A stretch of DNA of 52,067 bases, taken from a virus. Its lineage: Duplodnaviria; Caudoviricetes. The notes under the pieces are model-generated. The model was not told the origin of the DNA. It was given only the letters and a program-made list of their open reading frames with translations, and searched no databases. Position 1 is the first letter of the stretch, and each line of letters begins with the position of its first letter. The DNA lies in the IMG/VR virus record IMGVR_UViG_3300037245_001762, positions 1 to 52,067 of that record. One strand, 5' to 3'. Position numbers and translations under genes: made by a program. Positions 38,756 through 48,169 of the stretch are shown here, in pieces.

Positions 38756-39934
38756 TTAGTTTGTTGCGAAATTCACTGGTGTTGATACACCGGTTAATTG
38801 GAATCCTGTTGAATAACTTTGTCCGAATCCACCTGTGTTGGCTTTTAATAGTGTTGCCAAGTGGTAGTCTATGATAAAGTATTCATCACTTCCTGTAATT
38901 TCGTTGTGTTTAGAACCTACCCTTTGAGGTCCTTGAAAGTAAACAATTGCTGGTTCGATTGCGACTGAGGTAACTACTGCGTTACCTTGTCCGAAACCAT
39001 TGTCCAAAACTTGACCAACTCCCGGAACACCTAACATATCTTTTGTACCAGGCTCATATTGGAATCCCGTTGCGGGTCCAGAACTTGCTACACCTCTTAT
39101 GTTGGTATTGCTTACGAATTTGGAATTTGTGAACAGTGTCATACCTATTCTATCTGCCTTTCCACCTGCACCTGCACCCTCTATCTGACTTACTGCTGTG
39201 AGTATATCGTCAAGCGGGTTGGTTGAAGAGTGGTCGGTATTTGCGTCAAAGGCTCCCCAATTACTAGCTGCTATACTTGGCAACAGTTTGGTTTGTTCAA
39301 TGACATCATAGGATGCTTGTTGTTCAATTTTGTTTCCTGCAACTTGAATGGAGTCTTGTAAAACGTTATGAACGTTTTTAAGTTGAGATTCTTCTGAAAT
39401 CTCGAACTGGAGTCCGTACTTGTTGGCAGTGAAACCTTCCCTTTTATATGGAAGTTGTTTCTGAGCTGGGAGTTGCAATTCACCGATACGTGTCATACCT
39501 GTGTATTTTGTAACGGAGTCTATCTCAATAACCAGATTTGGTACTGGGATCTCTCTTGCTACATTTTTACCAGCATATAGTCTGTCCAACTTGCCGAATA
39601 CTTCGCCAAATACATTGACAATGTCTACTGCGGCGTTAGTTGCACTGAATAATGCGGCTTGCTTTTGTGCCCCACCTTGTTGAATAGCGTGTATGTAGTC
39701 ATCGACCATTCCTGCAAAGTGTGAATCTAAATACACATCTTTTTGCTTTTCAGGTTTATCATCTCTAGCGAATCTCACATTTTGCATCTTTTGGTTAAGA
39801 TCCAAAATTGGTTGTGATTCTTCAAAGGTGTTTAAACCCGGTCGGCCGTATGTTTCATATACGATATTGTTGGCAGGGTTTCTCCAATACTGCATTTTTT
39901 CCCTAGTCTTGTCGTCTTTATATTCAATGTTCAT
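38756..39934 (-). CDS. Major capsid protein (HK97-like fold, inferred)
   Basis: 392 aa; KYGLQFEISEE pattern; follows protease-scaffold-cement order; distinct codon usage. Confidence 0.75.
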   Translation of the reverse strand: MNIEYKDDKTREKMQYWRNPANNIVYETYGRPGLNTFEESQPILDLNQKMQNVRFARDDKPEKQKDVYLDSHFAGMVDDYIHAIQQGGAQKQAALFSATNAAVDIVNVFGEVFGKLDRLYAGKNVAREIPVPNLVIEIDSVTKYTGMTRIGELQLPAQKQLPYKREGFTANKYGLQFEISEESQLKNVHNVLQDSIQVAGNKIEQQASYDVIEQTKLLPSIAASNWGAFDANTDHSSTNPLDDILTAVSQIEGAGAGGKADRIGMTLFTNSKFVSNTNIRGVASSGPATGFQYEPGTKDMLGVPGVGQVLDNGFGQGNAVVTSVAIEPAIVYFQGPQRVGSKHNEITGSDEYFIIDYHLATLLKANTGGFGQSYSTGFQLTGVSTPVNFATN

Positions 39935-40452
39935 TATGAGCTACCTACCCTGATTTCTATGATCTCTGTTGTAACTGCATCATTCACATTAAAGTCTCCT
40001 TCATCTGTGTATGTTTCATTGAACGGATCAGATGTTGCACGTGTTACATTACCACTTGGTTTTGCAAAGTATCTGCCTAAGATCAAAGATTCGTCATCAC
40101 CTGCTACCCATGGGGTAACTGTAGTGATTAGTAAATTTGTTCCAGCAGTTAATATTTTCACATATGAACCCTGTACAATGGTTGCACCGGCTACGACTGT
40201 GACAAATTCCCCTGCACCTACACAACCTACTCTAATATCACCTTGTGCACCTAGAGTATTATCAATAGGTTCGATAGCGACATATTTGGCATCATCTTCT
40301 GCGGTTACAGAGTTGATAAACCCTGAACCATCATTATTAATGACACTTCCTTGCAGAATTGCGGTTGCGGCTGCAACGTCAAAGAACTGTACATGTGGAT
40401 TTGATCTGGTTGTGACACCAGCTGGAATTGTTTCAAATAAATCTAATGACAA
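39934..40452 (-). CDS. Capsid cement/decoration protein
   Basis: Between scaffold and MCP; VVAGATIVQGSYV pattern. Confidence 0.55.
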   Translation of the reverse strand: MSLDLFETIPAGVTTRSNPHVQFFDVAAATAILQGSVINNDGSGFINSVTAEDDAKYVAIEPIDNTLGAQGDIRVGCVGAGEFVTVVAGATIVQGSYVKILTAGTNLLITTVTPWVAGDDESLILGRYFAKPSGNVTRATSDPFNETYTDEGDFNVNDAVTTEIIEIRVGSS

Positions 40453-40455
40453 TTC

Positions 40456-41142
40456 CTATGTCCTCCAAGCCGGAACAATTACTTGTTTGGCTTTTCTTGT
40501 AAGGTATCCACCTTGACTTTCTGTAACTTTACGGTATGCGGTTTTCTGAACGTTTTGTTTTTCGACTACATCTTTAGCAAATTTAATTTTTGCTTCTAAT
40601 GCTCTATTAGAACCTTTAGAATTTGTTAGCTTTTCAACTTCTGCATTTCTTATACTTTCTGGGTATAATTCTGCGGCTGATTCTGCAATAGCAATTCTCT
40701 TTCTTGATTCTAATTCCTGTTCTAGGAATGCTAGTCTTGTTCTGTCTTTTCTTGCTTCTTTCTTAAAGTCTACTTCTTCATCATCATCATCTTGTTGGTC
40801 ACCTTGAGTTTCAGCTATTTTTGTTTTAGCATCTTTCTCTTTGTCATCATCATCGTCATCATCCTTTTTGTCATCGTCATCATCACCATCTATGGCTTGT
40901 TTGACTTTGGCAATTAAGGAGTCGACCTCTGGTATACGATCTCCCGCCATTTCGTGGGATTCCTCTGCCGGAGTGATTTCTTTAACCTCTTCAAGAAGTT
41001 CGACTGCTTCCTCTACTAATTCCATAACATCCTCTGGAGATCCATTGGATTCGTTATTGGGCATAATATCACCGGATTCTAGTCCTCTTGCGATTTTTTG
41101 AAGTTCTTCTATTTTTGCATTTAAAGTTTGCGTTTTTTTCAT
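40456..41142 (-). CDS. Scaffolding protein
   Basis: Acidic (poly-D), coiled coil, upstream of cement and MCP. Confidence 0.6.
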   Translation of the reverse strand: MKKTQTLNAKIEELQKIARGLESGDIMPNNESNGSPEDVMELVEEAVELLEEVKEITPAEESHEMAGDRIPEVDSLIAKVKQAIDGDDDDDKKDDDDDDDKEKDAKTKIAETQGDQQDDDDEEVDFKKEARKDRTRLAFLEQELESRKRIAIAESAAELYPESIRNAEVEKLTNSKGSNRALEAKIKFAKDVVEKQNVQKTAYRKVTESQGGYLTRKAKQVIVPAWRT

Positions 41143-41247
41143 GTTATTATATAAACGTTTCGATTAATAGTATTTAAAGTGTGAAGTGTGTAGTAATACT
41201 ATAATATTCAGTTATATCTAAGTAATTATTTTAACTGGTGTTTTTAA

Positions 41248-41871
41248 TCAGTAAGGGTTATTCTTCTTTTTAGTTTTTTTGTCATCAGGACTGTGTTTGG
41301 TGGCCTTTTTAATATGTTTACGTAAGGCTTTCTTGATATTGGCTTTTCTGATTTTGCCGTCCTTCTCGAACACATATCTCTCGTCATTATCCTTTGACAT
41401 TTCTTTTATGATTTCGGTGGTGGCAGTGTCATCTTTCTGTTTACTGGAATCAACTTTCATTTTATTTTGTAGTGTTTTATCCATGTAAGCTTGTGGGTCA
41501 TCCACACCTGCTTTCCTAAGTTTTGACAATAATACTAATTTGGTAAATTCTTCCTTCTGTCTAATGGTGTCTTCTACATTGAATTTTAATGTGTCTTTTT
41601 GTCGATCTATCATTTCATCAATTACCTCCAACTCTGGTTCTTCCACCTTTAATTCTTCCAAACCCTCCAATATGTCATTATTGACTATTAACCTCTCTTT
41701 GGATTCTTCCATGCTTAGTTGTAAGGTATTTAGTTGTAATTCTTGCAATGAATCTTCAGATATATTAGCTTTTCTCATTATTTGTTTTCTTTTTAGTGAA
41801 AATTTTTGTCTGGTATTAAGTTTTGCCTCTAATTTAATGGTGTCCATTAGAAGATTCTTTAGTTTATTCAA
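41248..41871 (-). CDS. Coiled-coil head-associated protein
   Basis: Repeated RKA motifs; located in the head cluster. Confidence 0.45.
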   Translation of the reverse strand: MNKLKNLLMDTIKLEAKLNTRQKFSLKRKQIMRKANISEDSLQELQLNTLQLSMEESKERLIVNNDILEGLEELKVEEPELEVIDEMIDRQKDTLKFNVEDTIRQKEEFTKLVLLSKLRKAGVDDPQAYMDKTLQNKMKVDSSKQKDDTATTEIIKEMSKDNDERYVFEKDGKIRKANIKKALRKHIKKATKHSPDDKKTKKKNNPY

Positions 41872-42098
41872 TGTTATATATACAATACTACTAGTTTATA
41901 AAGGATTATTTTACTATATTTTAAAAGTAAACAGTTAAACATGTAAGTTAGAGTTTTTTTATATTTTCATTCTTTTCAACGTCAAACATCTCCTCAGTTA
42001 TTCCGCTCCATTTCTCTAAATTATATTTGGCATCCTCCAACGAGATATTTTTTTCTTTCATTTGAAATTCAATCATTTTTTTAATTTCTTCCTGAAAT

Positions 42099-42870
42099 TT
42101 AGTCAAATTTTATATCCTCACTTAATTCAGAGTATTTAGAGATAAATGATTCTTGTTCATCTTTAGGCACATCAGATATAATGATCTTCATTTTTACATC
42201 ACTGAAAGGTACACCTCTTTTAATTCTGTGTTCCATATCACCAATTTCTATGGATTTATTAGGTGTGTTAATTTGTGATGGGTTTCTGTCTTGTTGTACT
42301 GCATATCCTGGACTTTTGATATTTTTACCTAGTGATTCTTTATCATACTCAATTAGTGTTTTATGTGATTCTTCACCCGTTTTTTTATCATGAGCTAGTG
42401 AGTAGACATTTGCTACATTAGAATCCGTTGTAACGGAATGGAAATTAAACTCACCAACAGCCCTGCCTATAACACCACTTTCCAACATATCATCTAATTC
42501 TGAAACATTTGTACCTCTAAAAACAGAATTACTATTCTCAAAATTATTTTTATAGTTCTTATTTAATTTTTTATTTGCGTTATCAATTAGAGGTTTAATT
42601 TTATTATTGTATATATCTGGAAAAGCTTTTTTTATACGATTAAGGTCTTTATTTCCTAAAGGAGAGTCCACTCTAATTGGCAGTGGTTGTATAATCTCAC
42701 GTACTTTGTTTTTTATATCTCTAGAGATTTCTAATGCCCTGTCAGACTCCTTCTTTCCACCAGAACTAGACGATGGTTTTGATTCACCAGACACACTTCC
42801 CTTTGTGGTAAATTTACCACCATCTCTAGGGTGCTCACTCTCTTTAAAATCACTTGCTATTTTTAGTTTT
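42099..42870 (-). CDS. ADP-ribosyltransferase-like domain, probably reached by -1 frameshift from the protease
   Basis: Frame is open upstream of the listed GTG: KLKIASDFKESEHPRDGGKFT; VFRGT / SVTT / E motifs fit an R-S-E ART fold. Confidence 0.5.
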
Positions 42871-43825
42871 TTTTTACACTTGCTAGTCTAGAATGTAAAT
42901 TACTTATTTTTTGTTTTTTCTTATCCTTTTCACAGTCACATAAACCCTCAGTAATACCACTCTGCCCTTGTTGTTTTACAGGTGTTATAACATCTTGTGC
43001 TATCTTTTCTTGTTTGGCCATTCTGAACTGGTGTACACACTGACCAGGCTGACCCTTACATGCACCCCTTAACAATGCCACACGTGCTCCATATGCTGGC
43101 TCACCATCTAGTCCGGCTAAATGTAGTCCTGTCCATTCTGTTATAGAACCTTCGGCCTCATGTGGATTCATCTGATATATTGCAGGTGAACAAAACTGTG
43201 GTAGTGTCATATGTGCAAACTTTGGATTAATCTTAATCATAGCGTACCATCTACCATCATCCTCGTTCTTTGCAACCTTTACAATGTCACCTACCCTGAA
43301 CTTTTCTTGGTGAGCAAGTATAGCTTGCATATTATCTGTTGGTATAAATGGGTGATCATATTGCTCCTCATATTCGGAATCCACTATCCATTCATTTGAG
43401 GTTACTACGAAAGGTTTACCAATAAATGATGCTATGTGTTGTGATATAGAACTGTCAGCCACACCCCAACCATTTCCATTTGTATCTTTACCGTCTATAA
43501 GATAGTATTTTGCATAGTTACCATCCATTCCTGCATATTTTGCTCCTTGTGAAAATCCTTCCGGATAACCCGTCCTCTTAAGTTTTGTGAGTGTCCACAT
43601 AGGTCCGTCTGGACTTTGACTGTCTTGACTGGTAGGTATATTACCTTCATTGGCTCTCTTTACACTGTTTATCTTTTTACGAAGGTTTGATATTTTAACA
43701 CCGAGTTTTGCTTTCTTATTTTCTGCAGAACTCACAATTTTTTTTGCTGATTCCTCAGATACGTCAGAATCTTTCATTACTCTCTTTACAGCTGATTCAA
43801 AATCTGGCTCTCCAAGGATAGGCAT
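42863..43825 (-). CDS. Prohead maturation protease
   Basis: NGNGW.V, FIGKP, H, CSPAI (catalytic Ser candidate), HLA....PAYG. Confidence 0.7.
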   Translation of the reverse strand: MPILGEPDFESAVKRVMKDSDVSEESAKKIVSSAENKKAKLGVKISNLRKKINSVKRANEGNIPTSQDSQSPDGPMWTLTKLKRTGYPEGFSQGAKYAGMDGNYAKYYLIDGKDTNGNGWGVADSSISQHIASFIGKPFVVTSNEWIVDSEYEEQYDHPFIPTDNMQAILAHQEKFRVGDIVKVAKNEDDGRWYAMIKINPKFAHMTLPQFCSPAIYQMNPHEAEGSITEWTGLHLAGLDGEPAYGARVALLRGACKGQPGQCVHQFRMAKQEKIAQDVITPVKQQGQSGITEGLCDCEKDKKKQKISNLHSRLASVKKN

Positions 43826-43827
43826 GT

Positions 43828-44163
43828 CTACTGTTGTGATCCCAAAACTTCAAAGGCGGCGTCGTTGGATGCAAAAACGTTTGCTCCATCTGTAACCTTT
43901 ACCCTATTAAACCAATAACTATCATCATTAAAAAATGTCGTATCTATATTAGTAAACGTTATAACCCCATTTACTGGATCACCAGAAACAGTTGCTGGGA
44001 ATGATGTTTCCACACCTGACGGATCGGTAAAAATCATCTCCACGGTTGTACCAGTCAAGTCTACCGGTTGTGTTACATTACCTGCCCCTGTCTCCAAAAC
44101 CTGTAACTGGAATTCTGTTCCAGCATCTCCAGTGTGTACTTTACCAAGTGTTACGATTGACAT
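43828..44163 (-). CDS. BppU N-terminal-like structural protein
   Basis: GDAG..FQ, PVDLTGTTV, D...G.I pattern. Confidence 0.55.
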   Translation of the reverse strand: MSIVTLGKVHTGDAGTEFQLQVLETGAGNVTQPVDLTGTTVEMIFTDPSGVETSFPATVSGDPVNGVITFTNIDTTFFNDDSYWFNRVKVTDGANVFASNDAAFEVLGSQQ

Positions 44164-44289
44164 TATATATATGTATATATCCTCAAAATATATAAAGATT
44201 TATATATTATATGTGTACACATGACATTCATCATATAACATAGTTACCCAAACATAAAATCTTTTTAGGTTGTATGTGAATTTAACACT

Positions 44290-44946
44290 TTATTGTATGA
44301 AAACAGTATTATCAAGATTTGTCCTTATAAGTACGGTGCTGAATATTATATTTGATGCTGTGATAAAAGCATCTGACTCTACGGTGGATGTGTTAATACC
44401 AAGAATTATAGCATCGGAACCCAATGTTGTGGTGTTCGTAACTACAATTACGGCATCAGAGTCAAGTGTGTTGGTTACACGTTCAACTATTAGAGCATCA
44501 GAGTCTAGTGATTCAACTACACGATCAATTATTAATGCATCACTCTCTAGAGAAGAGAACATAGTAGCTAAAATTAAAGTGTCACTATTTACAGATACTT
44601 GTTCATCTATCAATATGAAAGCATCCGTATCTAATGATATGGTAACAGTGGATGCTATTATAGCATCACTTAGTATGGTAGTGGTAATCATCTCTGATAT
44701 TAAAGCATCAGAGGGTATAGTGGATAATCCTGGCACTAATATTAAGGCGTCAGAATCCTCAGTAGATAGTACACTACCAGATATTACAGCATCAGAGAAG
44801 ATAACACTGAGACCTAGACCTAGTATTATAGCATCTGTAGTACAGGATGTGGTTACAACATCAAATATGAGTGCATCTGAGTCTAGGTCGGATGAATTAG
44901 ATACTGATAATTGTGTGATGTCGTGTATGTGTGCTAATGATGGCAT
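44290..44946 (-). CDS. Fibre-like protein with ~13-aa SDAxI repeats
   Basis: About 14 degenerate repeats with GCATC recurring at ~39-nt spacing. Confidence 0.55.
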   Translation of the reverse strand: MPSLAHIHDITQLSVSNSSDLDSDALIFDVVTTSCTTDAIILGLGLSVIFSDAVISGSVLSTEDSDALILVPGLSTIPSDALISEMITTTILSDAIIASTVTISLDTDAFILIDEQVSVNSDTLILATMFSSLESDALIIDRVVESLDSDALIVERVTNTLDSDAVIVVTNTTTLGSDAIILGINTSTVESDAFITASNIIFSTVLIRTNLDNTVFIQ

Positions 44947-45269
44947 TATGCACTATACAACGCCCATGATATAGTTTTAAAAGTGGTGTTTGTTTGTTGT
45001 ACGGTTACACGATATGACGTGGATGGGATCCAGTTTATTAAAAGTTCTGGGGTAACTTGTACTCCTACCACGGTAGTAATTCTGTATATTCGCTCAACCG
45101 AATTCTGTTCATCGAAATCATACACCCTTACTATAACCTCGTCATTTGCTGCCAATGCATTAAAGAATATTTTTGTAGAGTAATGTGCTAATGTGGTTTG
45201 TGATACAAATAGATCTTGTTCAGTACCATCTAATACTAGCTGAGCAAATGCCTCCACTGTTAATGCCAT
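44946..45269 (-). CDS. Putative structural protein
   Basis: Beta-rich, translationally coupled. Confidence 0.45.
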   Translation of the reverse strand: MALTVEAFAQLVLDGTEQDLFVSQTTLAHYSTKIFFNALAANDEVIVRVYDFDEQNSVERIYRITTVVGVQVTPELLINWIPSTSYRVTVQQTNTTFKTISWALYSA

Positions 45270-45622
45270 TATAATCTGATCTCCGTTCTACTATTGGTTC
45301 CTATAGTGGTTAATACGGCAGTTGTACTATTTAATGTCACTTTCATATCTTCACCTGCACCGTTCAAGATATACACTATACCAGTGACACCAGAATCATA
45401 ATCGGTAGGAAATATCTTTGTGGATAATATTAAATCTATAGTTCCATTTATAGTTCCTTTTACCTTAATTGTGGTGGGATCTGCCATGTTGGTGGTGTCA
45501 ATGTGTAAGATCACTTTGTCTTGTAGATTTGTAAATGTTATAAAATTTACATCTGAACCTGTGGCAGTATAATCAACTGCCTCAGTTTTAAATGTTGTAG
45601 TTACCTCTCCAGCGTCTACCAT
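45269..45622 (-). CDS. Putative structural protein
   Basis: Beta-rich, translationally coupled. Confidence 0.45.
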   Translation of the reverse strand: MVDAGEVTTTFKTEAVDYTATGSDVNFITFTNLQDKVILHIDTTNMADPTTIKVKGTINGTIDLILSTKIFPTDYDSGVTGIVYILNGAGEDMKVTLNSTTAVLTTIGTNSRTEIRL

Positions 45623-45628
45623 ATCACA

Positions 45629-45985
45629 TCACTCAAAATCATAATACTCCGGTTCCCCGCCTATATACTTGTCATATTGTTCAATAATTACACGTTCATA
45701 AATATGATTTACAACTTGTTTATTTACACCATTTACATTCTCCTGATATCCTACTAAATATACAACCTGTTTGTGTCCACTCGGCCCTCTCTGTGAGACT
45801 CGCCGTCTATATATCAGTCTTTTCTTACCACTTAGATCAACACGTAACACTGTTATACCATCATGTAAAATATCAAAAGCTTGTAACTTTGTTCTATCTA
45901 TATCACTATATTTATTCTCTATACCATTCTCTGCAAACTGGTTTAGATGTGTGTTATCTGAATAAACTGATCTCCACTCTATCAT
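45629..45985 (-). CDS. Hypothetical phage protein
   Basis: W...Y.D...L.QF, KRLIYRRRV, YLVGYQ. Confidence 0.55.
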   Translation of the reverse strand: MIEWRSVYSDNTHLNQFAENGIENKYSDIDRTKLQAFDILHDGITVLRVDLSGKKRLIYRRRVSQRGPSGHKQVVYLVGYQENVNGVNKQVVNHIYERVIIEQYDKYIGGEPEYYDFE

Positions 45986-46066
45986 TGTATTGTATCATCC
46001 ATAACATTGTATTGTCAAATATGATTAATAGAAACATATATATAAGTAATTTAGAGGTGTGTGTTA

Positions 46067-46269
46067 TGAGTGATTTAAATCTGAAAAACCAAAATTTGGT
46101 TTATTTTTATCTTTTAATTTCAGTGATGTTTACATTGACATGTATGGTTATGTTATTTATTGTGTTTGAAGGTTCGGTATTTTTTCCAATAACGGTACTT
46201 CTTTCTGTATTAGTATTACCTATCACTATGGTAATTTTGTTAGAATGTCATGTAAGAAAAATGGTGTAG
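46067..46269 (+). CDS. Small membrane protein
   Basis: Likely start MSDLNLK after GAGGTG; two hydrophobic segments. Confidence 0.35.
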
Positions 46270-46402
46270 AAATTAGACTTGTCACCGTTAAAATCATATA
46301 TTAATAAAAATTCCAAAGGGTATGAGATAACTTTAGAACAATTAGAAGATATGAAACTGTCTCAATTCACGGAAAATCTTTATTTGGTAGGACATCTAAA
46401 GA

Positions 46403-46666
46403 ATGGAGAAAAGCACTAAAGAGATGAAACTATCCACACTAATCAAACAGGGTTATTTAGAAGATACAAAAGAAGGATATATTGTCAGGAAAAACTTTTC
46501 ACTCAATGATTTAATGGTAGATGACATACTTGACAAATCATTAATAATTCCAGAGGGTGCAGTGGTGGATTTGACAGGTGGTTATTATGATATGTTAGAA
46601 GAATGGACTTACCACGGACAAGGTCCATTTATAAAATCTGGTAAGAAAGAGGCAACACAAAAATAG
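46403..46666 (+). CDS. Hypothetical protein
   Basis: ORF track. Confidence 0.45.
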   Translation: MEKSTKEMKLSTLIKQGYLEDTKEGYIVRKNFSLNDLMVDDILDKSLIIPEGAVVDLTGGYYDMLEEWTYHGQGPFIKSGKKEATQK

Positions 46667-46669
46667 TGG

Positions 46670-47500
46670 CTACAAAATACTTTCAAACTTTACCCTTTTT
46701 CTGTATATGATAGGATTCACTGTGTAATAGAATTTACGTATGTATTCTTTTTTGTAGAAATAAGCCTTGAAAATCTCATATGAATACATATTCTGTCTAA
46801 TCTTTGGTCTAAAACCACATAACTCATTGACCAGATCTGCATACACATCACATAATTCCTTTGTTTTGTGTGTGAAACTTACACCGTTCACACTACCAGA
46901 ACTGTAAACACTACCTTCAGAATCCCATAAACCACGAAGAAATAACACTTTTTGGTCACGGTTAAGCTTATCTATAAACTCGAAAGTTTGAATCTTTGTG
47001 AGAAAGTCACGTAAATTAACAGATAACATACGTACTACATATGTGTTATTTCGTTGATAGATCTTACCATTCCTCCAATCCTTTAATGGTTTTTTCTTAT
47101 TATAATACTTGTTAAGACTTAATCCAAATTGTACCTTAAGACACCTGCCAAACTCCTCTGCAAATTCCTCATCCACGGTTTCCAGTCCCACACCACCTGC
47201 CTTGATAATATATCCGTCACCGTACAACACCCCTACAATATAGGCTAATTCATTAGTTATTCTATCATGACCGTCATTTAATTGTCTTGTGTGCCATCCG
47301 GTATATTTTCCCTGTAAACCTTTCCTAATACTATCTTTATGCTCTTGTGATAAGACTCTTCCCTGTGCAGATTCTTTATTGGTTCTAGTAATATCCAACC
47401 CATGTAAGATTTTATAGAACTGTGTTTTATTAATACCACATTCCTTTAATATTTGTTTTATTGGTGTCCTATTAAGATATAGTTCTACAAGTTTTTCCAT
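46670..47500 (-). CDS. Free-standing LAGLIDADG homing endonuclease with HTH/NUMOD3-like N-terminus
   Basis: YIVGVLYGDG and FLRGLWDSEG motifs; LSQEHKDSIRKG. Confidence 0.85.
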   Translation of the reverse strand: MEKLVELYLNRTPIKQILKECGINKTQFYKILHGLDITRTNKESAQGRVLSQEHKDSIRKGLQGKYTGWHTRQLNDGHDRITNELAYIVGVLYGDGYIIKAGGVGLETVDEEFAEEFGRCLKVQFGLSLNKYYNKKKPLKDWRNGKIYQRNNTYVVRMLSVNLRDFLTKIQTFEFIDKLNRDQKVLFLRGLWDSEGSVYSSGSVNGVSFTHKTKELCDVYADLVNELCGFRPKIRQNMYSYEIFKAYFYKKEYIRKFYYTVNPIIYRKRVKFESIL

Positions 47501-47553
47501 ATATTATAGTGTTGACACTATAATATAAATGTTTATAACGTTCTATTGTATAG

Positions 47554-48138
47554 TCAGGATTCATCATACTGAAATGTAAGTGTCTCTACACCTGTTGCAC
47601 CCGGAACTGCATTCTCCGTAACATCCATCTGTAAAACTATATAATCTGTAGTTTCACCTACTGAGGTGATTGTTCCACTCCCATCTGTTATGGTTACAGT
47701 TTTTGGTACACCAGATGTAAATGTGAATGCGTTTACTTTACCGGTTATCTGTGCATTGTTTGTTACGAGTTCGTTACCACTTAGACCTGGGGTCCCTGTG
47801 GCTGCCACATATCCAGCACTACTACCACTTGATTTTTCAGGTGTTTCATCTCCAATACTCAAATTAACATCAGTGCCATAATTATTTACACCATCAGTGA
47901 ACCACTGTACGTTGTTGAGACTTGTGGTAGGTGCTATAATACATTCTAAATATACGTTTCTCCAAAATGAGTGATTTGTAGCTGCTGCTCCAGGTCTTGG
48001 TATGGGGTTGGCTGAATCTAATGCGAATCCATCCTCGGTTTTAAATCTTAATTTTGTCAAGATTGTTAGGTTTGTACTAGTGCCAGGTGACGTGTCAGAT
48101 CCACCGGTATCTAAAAACCAATCCATTTGAGCTGGCAT
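47554..48138 (-). CDS. Virion structural protein
   Basis: ANPIP, SFW, TDYIVLQM, ETLTFQYDE; directly after portal. Confidence 0.55.
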   Translation of the reverse strand: MPAQMDWFLDTGGSDTSPGTSTNLTILTKLRFKTEDGFALDSANPIPRPGAAATNHSFWRNVYLECIIAPTTSLNNVQWFTDGVNNYGTDVNLSIGDETPEKSSGSSAGYVAATGTPGLSGNELVTNNAQITGKVNAFTFTSGVPKTVTITDGSGTITSVGETTDYIVLQMDVTENAVPGATGVETLTFQYDES

Positions 48139-48169
48139 ATATATATGTTACTATGTCTACTATATAAAG

